DNA of 40,973 bases. Source: an uncultured bacterium (GTDB lineage Bacteria > Omnitrophota > Gorgyraeia > Duberdicusellales > 4484-171). Positions 8,840-17,849 of the stretch are shown in pieces (the stretch's first letter is position 1; each line of letters opens with the position of its first letter). The notes under the pieces are model-generated. The model ran no database searches and was not told where the DNA came from. It saw only the letters and a program-made list of their open reading frames with translations. Both the position numbers and the translations under genes were made by a program. Where the stretch lies: assembly GCA_913050175.1 (NCBI GenBank), contig CAJXAF010000004.1, forward strand, positions 1-40,973, in the 5' to 3' direction.

Positions 8840-9948
8840 TTACTCTTTGATTTCCTCTAAAGGTAATGGTTGATATTCACAATCAAGGCTTGTTAAAAAA
8901 TATAAGGAAAAACAGCGGAAAAAAACAGCAAAAGGCAAGTTAACGCTGAGCAAAAGTATCCAGGCTATGAGAAGAAAAGGAATAGCTACAATAATAGCAA
9001 AAACAAAATAGAGTAACTTTGCCTTCAGAAGAATTGCGATAATGACATAAGGTATACCAAAAAGAATTGCTGCAGCTATTAAAACGATTATAACTAAGGC
9101 AAGTATAATCATAGCAGCAATCAGTACACAAAGAATTCCCAAGCCAAAAGAAATCAGTATATAGAAAAGGAACTCCTTAGTATTATCTTTGAAAGCCAGG
9201 AGAAATTTCCGGTAAGCCGGGATAAAAGTGCACTTATCAATTGCCATAATCGGTACAATAAAATGGTCGATGAACATTGATAAAATTACAAAAATTATAA
9301 TACCAGTTAGAAGAGTGATTGCCGGTAAAAACAAAGTTCCTAATATCTCGAGAAAAGACGCCTCAAGACCCTCCCCAAACATACCAGCATCTTTGCCGCC
9401 AAGATAAGCCCAAATACCCACACAACCGATAAAAATAATCAAACAGATTAACAATGTAAAGAGAAACCAAAATAAAGAGTTGCCTTCTTTCTTGTAGCGG
9501 CCAAAAGGCTCGACAACAGAGGCATCATTAGAGATGATGCTTTCAAACCAGATAAATTTAAACCTGGCACCTAACCAGGTGAAAAATATAACTATGCTGA
9601 TAACAAATAAAAAAAGAAAAATAAAAATTATAGTTTCGGGGCCAAAAATAAAACTAGCAAAAGCTTTATTTTTAAATATAACCTTAGGTTGGGCGGATAA
9701 TTGACTATCCCGGGAAGTCGTCTCTAGGTCACTGGAAACATGCTGGAGTTTATCTGGGCTGCTTCGGCTTTCTCCTGGTCAAAACCTCCGCCGCTTCCCC
9801 CACCGTTGCCACCGCCACCTATAGCTCCGGAAAAGATAGCTATGGTTAAGAGAAAAAACCATTTTTTAAGAGAGAACGGTTTAAAAAGGATTAAAGATGT
9901 CCGGGCAATGCTTTTATCTATAATAGTGCCTATGAAAGCTGAACGCAT
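8840..9948 (-). pseudogene. Multi-pass membrane protein split by a single frameshift (about 369 aa if repaired)
   Basis: Frame A from ATG 9948 (AGGAGG RBS) stops at 9724; frame B is open from 9778 to 8840; the frames overlap at 9727-9778. Confidence 0.75.
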
Positions 9949-10044
9949 AAATTATCTCCTCCTAAATAACCTGGCAATAATATTTTAACATATAAAGATA
10001 TAAAAAGCGACCGAAGAGGAGTTAAAGACAGAGAGAGGGGGAAG

Positions 10045-10821
10045 CTATGTCTGTAAAACCTCTAGGAGTTGAGTATGAATTTTTGAATTTGAGGATACGA
10101 TATAAGAAGGTTTGTAAATGCTAAAAGCTTTGCCTTTGTTATCAGTAACTGTACCGCCGGCTTCTTCTATAATTATTTTTCCGGCAGCAAAATCCCAAGG
10201 ACTTAATTTAAATTCCCAAAATCCTGAGACCCGGCCAGAGGCTACATAAGACAAATCTAAAGCTGCAGCGCCTAGACGCCTTAAGCCAAGAATTGATTTT
10301 TTAAAAAACTTCTCAATATTTAATAGAGTACTCTTCATTTCCTTATTACGATCATAGTAGAAACCGGTTATAAGCAAAGAGCCTTTAAGAGTATTTTTTT
10401 TATTAACTTCTAGCTTGTCTGTATTTAAGAAAGCTCCTTTAGATTTTTCTGCAAAAAACAACTCATCCCGGTTAGGATCATAGACAACTCCCAGGAGCAA
10501 ATCATCTCCTTTGGCAAGAGCAATTGAACAGCAAAAAATAGGCAGGCCGGAGGAAAAATTATTGGTACCGTCAAGAGGGTCAATTATCCAGGTGTGTTCA
10601 GAATCGGTTTTATCATATTTATTTTCCTCAGCTAAAAAATTATGATCCGGATAATGCTCCTTAATACAATTAACTACTTCCCTTTCAGCTTCTAAGTCAG
10701 CAATTGTTAAAAGATCAAAAGAAGATGTTTTCTCCTGCAGCTTAATATCACCTTGAAAGTGTTTTAAATGTATTTGACCGGCTTTTTTAGCAGCCTTAAT
10801 AGCAATATCTAAGTAATTCAT
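10045..10821 (-). CDS. suhB: Inositol monophosphatase family (SuhB/HisN-like)
   Basis: LAEE, WIIDPLDGTNNF, WDFAAG. Confidence 0.9.
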   Translation of the reverse strand: MNYLDIAIKAAKKAGQIHLKHFQGDIKLQEKTSSFDLLTIADLEAEREVVNCIKEHYPDHNFLAEENKYDKTDSEHTWIIDPLDGTNNFSSGLPIFCCSIALAKGDDLLLGVVYDPNRDELFFAEKSKGAFLNTDKLEVNKKNTLKGSLLITGFYYDRNKEMKSTLLNIEKFFKKSILGLRRLGAAALDLSYVASGRVSGFWEFKLSPWDFAAGKIIIEEAGGTVTDNKGKAFSIYKPSYIVSSNSKIHTQLLEVLQT

Positions 10822-12641
10822 CTTAGCGGTAAAATGAAGTAGAAAGTAGAACCATGATTTAGTTTTGACTCAACCCAGATTCTTCCTTTATGCTTTTGGA
10901 TAATTTCTCTAGAAATCGCCAGTCCGAGTCCGCTTCCGGCTTCCTTGCCTCCAGCTGGACGCCTGAGCTGTTCAAAGGAACTAAAAACTCTTTCTTTTTC
11001 CTCATCGTTAATACCATGACCTGTATCTATAACCGACACAAGCACGCCCTCCGGGAGTTGCTTGCTGCTAATGGTAATAGAACCTTTATCAGTAAACTTA
11101 ATAGCATTATTAACTAAATTGCTTAAAACTTGCATAATCTTATCGCGGTCAAACTTCAAATCAGAAAGTTCCTCGCTAAGTTCTAATTCAAATTTTAAGT
11201 CTTTCTTCTTGGCTAAAGAAATCATAGCTTTATGGCATTCACTAATAACTTCGTTTATATTATTATCGACCATACGAAAATCCATTTTCCCGGCTTCTAA
11301 TTTTTGAAAATCTAAAACATCATTTATCAAACGGGCTAACCTATCAACATTTCTTCTGGCGGTATCTAAAATATCTTCTTGTTCCTCATTTATCTGGCCG
11401 GCTAAACCGTCTAGAACAATACTAATGCCAGTCTTTATTGCAGCCATTGGCGTTCTTAGCTCATGGGAAACCATTGATGTAAGCTTTGACTTCATTTCAG
11501 CTATTTCTTTAATTTTTTCCTCGGCAATTTTACGCTCAGTAATATCACGAGCAACGCAAATAATATAACTGATATCACCGGATTCATTTATCATAGCCGA
11601 AACGCTGAGAAGAACCGGAATCTCTTTTGTGTTTTTGCGTCGGTAGTAAGTTTCAAAATTTATTAATCTCCCCTGACTAAGACGGTCGAGAAATTCCTCT
11701 TGCGAAAGGATGCTATCTTTTAAAGAGAATATTTTCTTAAAGTGCTCCCCGATTAGCTCTTCTCTCTTATAACCTAAAAGCTTACAAGCCGCATTATTAA
11801 CAATATTAATCTTTAAATTCGGCTCGATAACTATCAAGGTTTCTACTATGCTGGCAATGATATTATCTACGTATTCCTTAGATACAGTTGTTTTTTCTAA
11901 ATCTTCGGCCATAGAATTAAAAGAAGCAGCTAGCTGACCAATTTCATCTTTGGCTGATATGTCTATGCGTGATTGAAAATTACCGGCAGCAATTTGTCCG
12001 GTTGCCTTCCTTAGCTTGGATAAGTTCTTGGTAATAAATTTTGTCAGAAAAAAAGATGCCAGCAAACCAAAGACTACGATTGAAATCTCTATCTTAAAAA
12101 ACCTATCAAGAATCGCGGTAATAATTTCTTCCTGACGCTTAAGATTTTTTTGCAGACTAGCTAATCTCTCTCTTTGCAGGGTTTCTTGGGCATTTTGAAA
12201 CTTATCAAAAAGTTTATTTACAGCAATTATCTGAAGGTTGATTTTATAAGTTGAGTCCAGCTTATCTACCAAACCTAACAAACTGTAAGTTGCCCCGGTA
12301 AGTTCTAAGCTGATATCTGAAATCTCAGCTAAACGAGGCAGGTTCTCTCCCCGTTTTATTAAGGCGACTTCCTGATTGAGATTTTTCGTTGACTCAAGCA
12401 CATCTTCTTTTGCTTCTTCGGTCCTTACAGTAAGATAAAGCTCAAGCTTACTCTCTAAGTCCTTTGCTTTCTCAGTATAGCGCTGGAGAGCACCCATTTC
12501 CTTACTTAAAGGCACAACTGAAGACGACAATACATTAATTTCAGTTAAAGTAGGAAGAGTTATAAAAAGAAATGATGATGAAAGTAAGATCAGAACAAAA
12601 AAGCCGATAAAAATCTTGTGTCCAATTGATATCTTAATCAT
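10818..12641 (-). CDS. Sensor histidine kinase (TM, periplasmic domain, TM, HAMP, PAS, HisKA, HATPase)
   Basis: DEIGQLAASFNSM, ARDITERK, SHELRTP, NNAIKFT, DTGHG, GSGLGL. Confidence 0.95.
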   Translation of the reverse strand: MIKISIGHKIFIGFFVLILLSSSFLFITLPTLTEINVLSSSVVPLSKEMGALQRYTEKAKDLESKLELYLTVRTEEAKEDVLESTKNLNQEVALIKRGENLPRLAEISDISLELTGATYSLLGLVDKLDSTYKINLQIIAVNKLFDKFQNAQETLQRERLASLQKNLKRQEEIITAILDRFFKIEISIVVFGLLASFFLTKFITKNLSKLRKATGQIAAGNFQSRIDISAKDEIGQLAASFNSMAEDLEKTTVSKEYVDNIIASIVETLIVIEPNLKINIVNNAACKLLGYKREELIGEHFKKIFSLKDSILSQEEFLDRLSQGRLINFETYYRRKNTKEIPVLLSVSAMINESGDISYIICVARDITERKIAEEKIKEIAEMKSKLTSMVSHELRTPMAAIKTGISIVLDGLAGQINEEQEDILDTARRNVDRLARLINDVLDFQKLEAGKMDFRMVDNNINEVISECHKAMISLAKKKDLKFELELSEELSDLKFDRDKIMQVLSNLVNNAIKFTDKGSITISSKQLPEGVLVSVIDTGHGINDEEKERVFSSFEQLRRPAGGKEAGSGLGLAISREIIQKHKGRIWVESKLNHGSTFYFILPLR

Positions 12642-13627
12642 AGTTGCTCCTCTAAGCCGATAATTGCCTTAGCATTCCTTAGCATAGCCGGTGTATAAAT
12701 TATATTTAACTTATCAGCAACTTTTAAATTTAAAACAAGGTGTCCTTTCTTATTAAAAACAATAGGTATATCTATAGGCTTTTCCCCTCCGAGAATACGT
12801 AAGGCACTGAGGGCTGCTTGCTCTCCCTGCTCCTCAGAAACTTTAGATAAAGCCATTAAGGCAAATGCCATTAGGTCTTCTGATTCTGTGGCTATGGGTT
12901 TGTTAATATTTTCAAAAATAAATTCTGTAGCCTTATCACTATCCCAACCCTTTATCCCGGCATGACCGGGAACGATAAACATATCAACCTTATCCTGCAT
13001 TTCCAAATAAGCTTTTTTCCAAGATTGGAAGTCCTTAACAAACTCTTTATAAGCATAGCCTCCCTCAATATATTTTTCGTAGTGTTCAGCATTTTTATGT
13101 TCACTTAAAACATCAGGCCCAATAAAACCAACTCTATTGCCCTTAACCAACTTCTTCATATGGTTATACAAGCCAGAAGTGAGCCCAACTTCTATAATCC
13201 CGGTAGTATTGCTATAGGGACCACCATAAACTGAGATATCCCAGTTAATACCACAAAAAACAACCGGCAGATCACTATCGCGATAATAAGGCATAATAAC
13301 ATACTTAAAAGCATTGTCATCAGCAACTATGACAACATCGGGTTTATACGTATCTATAACTTTTTTTGCTCTTATTCCAGCCTGAACTTTAAACTCATCA
13401 GAGGGGTTTATTTTAGTATCCATATGTTCAATTTTAAATTCAACGCCGCTGCCATCTAGAATACTTTTCATTCCTCTAATTTCACCGTCACTCCAAGGCA
13501 GGCCATCGTGGTAAGAATTTATAAGTAAGATCTTTTTACCTTTGTAATTTTTTGCCGGAGAGCTAAATGTAAAGGATAAGGACAGAACGCTGCTGAGGAT
13601 AATTACTAAAAAATAACTTTTTTTCAT
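12638..13627 (-). CDS. Periplasmic ABC-type substrate-binding protein
   Basis: Signal peptide; INSYH..W, MDTK, DDNA, VVFCGIN, ILGGEKP..IPI. Confidence 0.8.
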   Translation of the reverse strand: MKKSYFLVIILSSVLSLSFTFSSPAKNYKGKKILLINSYHDGLPWSDGEIRGMKSILDGSGVEFKIEHMDTKINPSDEFKVQAGIRAKKVIDTYKPDVVIVADDNAFKYVIMPYYRDSDLPVVFCGINWDISVYGGPYSNTTGIIEVGLTSGLYNHMKKLVKGNRVGFIGPDVLSEHKNAEHYEKYIEGGYAYKEFVKDFQSWKKAYLEMQDKVDMFIVPGHAGIKGWDSDKATEFIFENINKPIATESEDLMAFALMALSKVSEEQGEQAALSALRILGGEKPIDIPIVFNKKGHLVLNLKVADKLNIIYTPAMLRNAKAIIGLEEQL

Positions 13628-13715
13628 ATTTATTTGGCTTTCTTTATATATCCTATTTTAACATCCAATAGGTTAAGATACAAAAAAAATCAAGATTAAA
13701 TATCATTAACTCAAC

Positions 13716-13747
13716 AAAAAAGCCGGCTCAAGAGGCTGCCGGCTTTT
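13716..13747 (-). terminator. Intrinsic terminator after Rrf2 operon
   Basis: AAAAGCCGGC-N10-GCCGGCTTTT ending in a U-tract. Confidence 0.8.
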
Positions 13748-13772
13748 AATTTAACTAAGTAACTAATTATCC

Positions 13773-14240
13773 TTATTGAACCCACTCCTCAGAAATGACA
13801 TCTCCCCGCAAGCTAACTACAATACCTTTAAGAGGCACTTTTCTGCTTGATTCATCTAAGGCTTTTTTGGCAAGCCCGAGAAGGCCACTGCAGCAGGGAA
13901 CCTGCATTATTAACACTGTTAAGGTATTAATTTTTGCATCCTCAAACCAGGATTTAATCTTTTCCAGATAAACTTCCTGTTTTATATCCAACTTAGGACA
14001 AGCAATAGCTATAGACTTTCCTTTCATGTAGTCATTGTGAAAGCCGCCCATTGCATAAGCAACACAATCAGCAACCAAGAGCACATCCTTATTCTCATAA
14101 TAAGGCGCTGTCGGGCTAATTAAATGAAGTTGTATCGGCCAATGTTGAAGTTGAGATTGTATCTTAGCTGTAGACCCGGAATCTTTCTTATCATCTTTAT
14201 CATTAAAATCAAACATTTTTGCACCAGGACATCCATCCAT
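13773..14240 (-). CDS. Cys-rich hcp-associated Fe-S protein domain (GCPG/WPIQL/CPKLD/VPCC), without a ferredoxin N-terminus
   Basis: Motifs in the translation; start overlaps the upstream stop (TAATG). Confidence 0.75.
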   Translation of the reverse strand: MDGCPGAKMFDFNDKDDKKDSGSTAKIQSQLQHWPIQLHLISPTAPYYENKDVLLVADCVAYAMGGFHNDYMKGKSIAIACPKLDIKQEVYLEKIKSWFEDAKINTLTVLIMQVPCCSGLLGLAKKALDESSRKVPLKGIVVSLRGDVISEEWVQ

Positions 14241-15031
14241 TACTTCTTCACCTCCTTTGATCCAAACTTAGTTTCTAACTCACAAATAAATTCTTCCTGC
14301 TTTTTAGGATTATCAGAAAATTGTTTATCAACTTCTGCGAATTTAGCAAATAACTCACCAACCACAGTGACAGAAAAAGTTCTGTCCATCCAAGGGTAAA
14401 GTATTTCATCCTCTTTTTTAATATGTTCAATCAATAACTCTCTGTAAGCGGATAAATTTTCTGAAACTTTATTCTCATCCCTTTCCTCAATACCTATAAG
14501 CACATTCTTAACGTAGGCCCTGGCAGTATCGTGGTCAGTATGCATGGCTTTAATAATATCCAGGTTCTCATCAAAGTACTTAAAAAGTATATCCTCTTCT
14601 TTGGCATGGTGATATTTATCAGCATAATTTTTAATAAAATCTATACCTTTTACAATGATTTCTCGACCAGCTTCGCTGTCTAAATTAAGATTGGCTATAA
14701 CCTCCGGGATTAGAGCAGCCCATCTTTTTATTATTTTATGTTCTTGGACCAATTTGTTAATCGGCGGTGAATAGGTTATCTCTTTTGGTTTTTCTTTTCT
14801 TTTAACCTCAGGGATTTTAATATCTCTGTCCGGATAAATAACTTTAGCAATTTTGGAAAAAAGTACTGCCTCATCTTGGCTTGAAAGATTATGTATTTCG
14901 ACAATATCTTTTAAGAGACAAGTACCAACATTGCAGGGACCGCAACCAATGCCATACTCATCTAGAATTTTTTCTACTTGAGGAAACTCATCAATAATAT
15001 CTTTTATACCTTTATTATAATATTCTTGCAC
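14240..15031 (-). CDS. Hemerythrin (HHE) domain protein, Ric/ScdA-like
   Basis: N-terminal GIGCGPC..C domain; EH, HHAKEEDILF, HIKKEDEILYP; GTG start with GAGGAGG. Confidence 0.8.
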   Translation of the reverse strand: MQEYYNKGIKDIIDEFPQVEKILDEYGIGCGPCNVGTCLLKDIVEIHNLSSQDEAVLFSKIAKVIYPDRDIKIPEVKRKEKPKEITYSPPINKLVQEHKIIKRWAALIPEVIANLNLDSEAGREIIVKGIDFIKNYADKYHHAKEEDILFKYFDENLDIIKAMHTDHDTARAYVKNVLIGIEERDENKVSENLSAYRELLIEHIKKEDEILYPWMDRTFSVTVVGELFAKFAEVDKQFSDNPKKQEEFICELETKFGSKEVKK

Positions 15032-15066
15032 GAAAAACCTCCTCTGATTAAAAACTTCCTCCTAGC

Positions 15067-15471
15067 TTATCTCCGGTAAGATAAGGAAGCCATGGAAAGC
15101 GATTTTAATTCAGAACTTATCACTCCTTGTAAGTAGTCTATTTTTTTCTTTAGGATGCAGTGCCTTATATCCGGGCAAATCTTTTTTTTAAAAATACACT
15201 CAATAAGATTGATTGGCCCTTGGAAAATTTTTATTAAATCCAATAAGAGTATCTTATCTGCCGGAATAGCCAGAGAAAAACCACCATTCCTGCCTTCATA
15301 AGCCTTAAGCACCTTCTTTTTATGGAGAATCTGGAGAATTTTCCTTAAAAAATGCTTAGGAATCTCTAACTTCTCTGACATCTCACTTACTGAGACAACC
15401 CCTTCTTTGCTCTCGGCCATATAAATTATAGCCTGCATGGCATAATCAGTGTCTTTATTAATAAGCTTCAT
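15067..15471 (-). CDS. Rrf2 family transcriptional regulator with three Cys
   Basis: TDYAMQA, FLRKILQIL, GRNGGFSLA, C-x6-C-x5-C. Confidence 0.92.
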   Translation of the reverse strand: MKLINKDTDYAMQAIIYMAESKEGVVSVSEMSEKLEIPKHFLRKILQILHKKKVLKAYEGRNGGFSLAIPADKILLLDLIKIFQGPINLIECIFKKKICPDIRHCILKKKIDYLQGVISSELKSLSMASLSYRR

Positions 15472-15484
15472 CTATCCCCCTACT

Positions 15485-15516
15485 AAACTGATACCATATT
15501 AGTATCAGTTTGTCAA
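15485..15516 (-). promoter_or_regulatory. rrf2 promoter with perfect palindromic operator
   Basis: AAACTGATAC-N7-GTATCAGTTT (15485-15511) overlapping TTGACA-N17-TATCAG. Confidence 0.8.
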
Positions 15517-15542
15517 GCTATTTTTCTTTTCCGAAATAGCCG

Positions 15543-17171
15543 TTATTTTCTAATATCTTTGAGGTGAAAATAAGGCGGGAGTGTAGTAAGGCGTTCATCC
15601 TCTAGAGGGCTTCCAATAGTAAAATGATAAAGGCTTTGATACTTACTTGACTTTAATCCCAGGAGCTCATGCATAACATCATCAAAATAACAACCAATCC
15701 CAGTTCCTCTTAGGCCGTGACTTTCAGCCTCTAAGTATAGGACTTGGCCAATTGCCCCTGACTCCCAGAATAGATTTTTATATTTATAAGGCTCATCTCG
15801 TATAATTGGGTCAAAAAGAGCAATCATGCCCAAAGAAAATGCGCTATCACCGGCAATATCCTGCATGCAACTTATATCAGCTGCCTGCTGAGTTACTTTA
15901 GATTTTTTAAGCCTGTAGAGGGGAAGATTATCTCTTACTTGCTCCCAGAGAAAATCGCTCTTAAAAGATGCTTTTAAATCTTGAAAGTGCTTTTTATTGC
16001 GAATAAAAAAGTATAGCCCCTCCTCCAGTTCTCTTACCCGGTGAACAAAAATTGCTAAGTTGATACAGATTTCATTCAAGCCTAAATCAAAAGATGCTCT
16101 ATCACTGTATGGCAAAGTTTTTTCGAGAATGGCTAAAAAAACATCCAAAGCTATAAAAGATTTTTCAGAGATATAAGCTTGAGCACTTCTGCGTTTACGA
16201 ATTAATTGCCCAGCCTTAATATCTGAAGAAAAAAGACTATTGTCAAAAGCTTTCTCATAGATATAATCTTGAGCAGCTACTTTAGGTTTTTTTATGCAGT
16301 CAGATGATTCATAAATTATCTCCCAACAGTAATCGCTCTTGCTTAACTTATTTGGTTTACCTTGGAAGTTAATGTTTTTAAGATTCTCTATAATAGAATC
16401 TGATAGCCCCATGTTTACATTGGTCGCATCCTTAGGAAAAACCCAACAGAGCAGATCAGGCTCTTCTTTATCTAGCTTTGACCATTGGAGCTTATTAAAG
16501 CCGAGGATTGAATCCAGGCTTAAATCTGAAAGACTATTTAAGTAATTGACTTTCCAGCCAAATAAATTTGCTGAGAACCTGATAGCTGCCAAAGCATAGC
16601 CAACATCATGATTGCAGTAACGAAAAGCCCGTTCACCGTACTTCCAGGACTGGCGCCAGTATATAGAAGTTAAGGAGATCAAAAAACCTTTTGAATTAAA
16701 AAATTGCTCTATATCGCTGGATAATGCGCCCGGCAACTCAGCTCTCTGTTCAAGTGCATGGAGAAAAGGATTATAATGATAAACTCCTGCCTCCATATCT
16801 TTTAGTTGCGGCACTATTAAATGGGCCTCGGTTGGGTGCAGATTACCGCTGGATGGGTTCATCCGCAAACACCATTGTGAGCCTTGAAAAGATTTCCAAG
16901 CAGAAAGACCCAAAGATAGCTCTAAGAAACCTCCCAGGGAAATTAAAGAAAAATCTTGAGTATTATTTTCACAAAAATAAAGACCGCGATGATCAATATT
17001 TAAATCACTCTCAAGTAAGGGCATTTCTACTATTGGCGCCTTCTCATAAAAACGAAAAGGGTTCGGCTGATTCTCCCAATCCATACTCCCGGCGCTAGCC
17101 GCATATCTATTGAAGTGATGTTTAGTTACCTGGTGATACTCATATATTTTTTTATAAGCATCCTTATTCAC
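15543..17171 (-). CDS. SagB/ThcOx-like double nitroreductase-domain oxidoreductase
   Basis: YHQVTKH, LRMNPSSGNLHP, WKYGERAFRYC..D.G, RRSA, ESGAIGQVLYL, GIGCYFDD. Confidence 0.88.
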   Translation of the reverse strand: MNKDAYKKIYEYHQVTKHHFNRYAASAGSMDWENQPNPFRFYEKAPIVEMPLLESDLNIDHRGLYFCENNTQDFSLISLGGFLELSLGLSAWKSFQGSQWCLRMNPSSGNLHPTEAHLIVPQLKDMEAGVYHYNPFLHALEQRAELPGALSSDIEQFFNSKGFLISLTSIYWRQSWKYGERAFRYCNHDVGYALAAIRFSANLFGWKVNYLNSLSDLSLDSILGFNKLQWSKLDKEEPDLLCWVFPKDATNVNMGLSDSIIENLKNINFQGKPNKLSKSDYCWEIIYESSDCIKKPKVAAQDYIYEKAFDNSLFSSDIKAGQLIRKRRSAQAYISEKSFIALDVFLAILEKTLPYSDRASFDLGLNEICINLAIFVHRVRELEEGLYFFIRNKKHFQDLKASFKSDFLWEQVRDNLPLYRLKKSKVTQQAADISCMQDIAGDSAFSLGMIALFDPIIRDEPYKYKNLFWESGAIGQVLYLEAESHGLRGTGIGCYFDDVMHELLGLKSSKYQSLYHFTIGSPLEDERLTTLPPYFHLKDIRK

Positions 17172-17235
17172 TTATTCTCACCCCTCCTTAAAGACCAGTA
17201 GGGGCACCTTTTAGAGGCGTCCCCATGTCTATTTA

Positions 17236-17643
17236 CTACACGCTAAATGCAGCTACCCAAAAATCATGCTTATTACAGAAGCTAGTAGCATAAAACTTCT
17301 GACCTGAACCTTTAGGTAATTGGAAAGTAGAAACTGCCTCTGGGTCAGAAGGATAAAAAGTCTTTTCTCCCAGAACTTCTCCCTCTTTAGAAACTAAAGT
17401 ATGCCGGACTATGTAATGTTCCTGACTCATGGAGTGATTTGTGGTTATATTGACTTCATCGCCTTGCAAAGCTACATTGGGCATATGCCCACCAACTTTA
17501 GCAGACCACTTACCGGAATTGTCAGGTGTATAAATAATTCCCGGAAATTCCAATCCTGATCCGGCAAAAGCATTGAATGATGCCGGCATCAGGGCTCCGG
17601 CTGCAACTAATAGTGTGCTCTTAAGGAAATCTCTTCGCTTCAT
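17236..17643 (-). CDS. Tat-exported superoxide reductase (single-iron type)
   Basis: KRRDFLK twin-arginine signal with AFA cleavage site; HMP, HSM...HYI, CNKH ligands. Confidence 0.82.
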   Translation of the reverse strand: MKRRDFLKSTLLVAAGALMPASFNAFAGSGLEFPGIIYTPDNSGKWSAKVGGHMPNVALQGDEVNITTNHSMSQEHYIVRHTLVSKEGEVLGEKTFYPSDPEAVSTFQLPKGSGQKFYATSFCNKHDFWVAAFSV

Positions 17644-17787
17644 CTTGCCTCCTTATTAAACTAAAACTAAAAAACTATACACATCTATGCAAGCATAAAA
17701 ATAATTATATTCTTTTTAGCCGTGTATTCTACACCTAGATCTGAGCCTTAGCAATATTTAGATTGCTACTCTATGCTATAAGTTTAT

Positions 17788-17818
17788 AAAAAAAATCCCC
17801 CTAAAAAATTAGGGGGAT
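17788..17818 (-). terminator. Intrinsic terminator after hcp
   Basis: ATCCCCCTAA-N4-TTAGGGGGAT plus U-tract. Confidence 0.8.
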
Positions 17819-17849
17819 ATTTTTATTGGCTATAGCTTTTAATTAAATT

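Noticed and set aside
9724-9726. TAG readthrough (pyrrolysine or recoding) joining the split membrane gene
   Set aside because: The same frame hits TAA about 31 codons later; the continuation is in a different frame
15543-17171. SagB-like gene as part of an azole RiPP cluster
   Set aside because: No YcaO, E1-like protein, transporter or Cys/Ser/Thr-rich precursor nearby; neighbours are stress genes
17749-17768. TAGCAAT-N6-ATTGCTA upstream of the SOR gene as a CIRCE element
   Set aside because: Arms and spacing do not match TTAGCACTC-N9-GAGTGCTAA, and no chaperone gene is adjacent; too short to call
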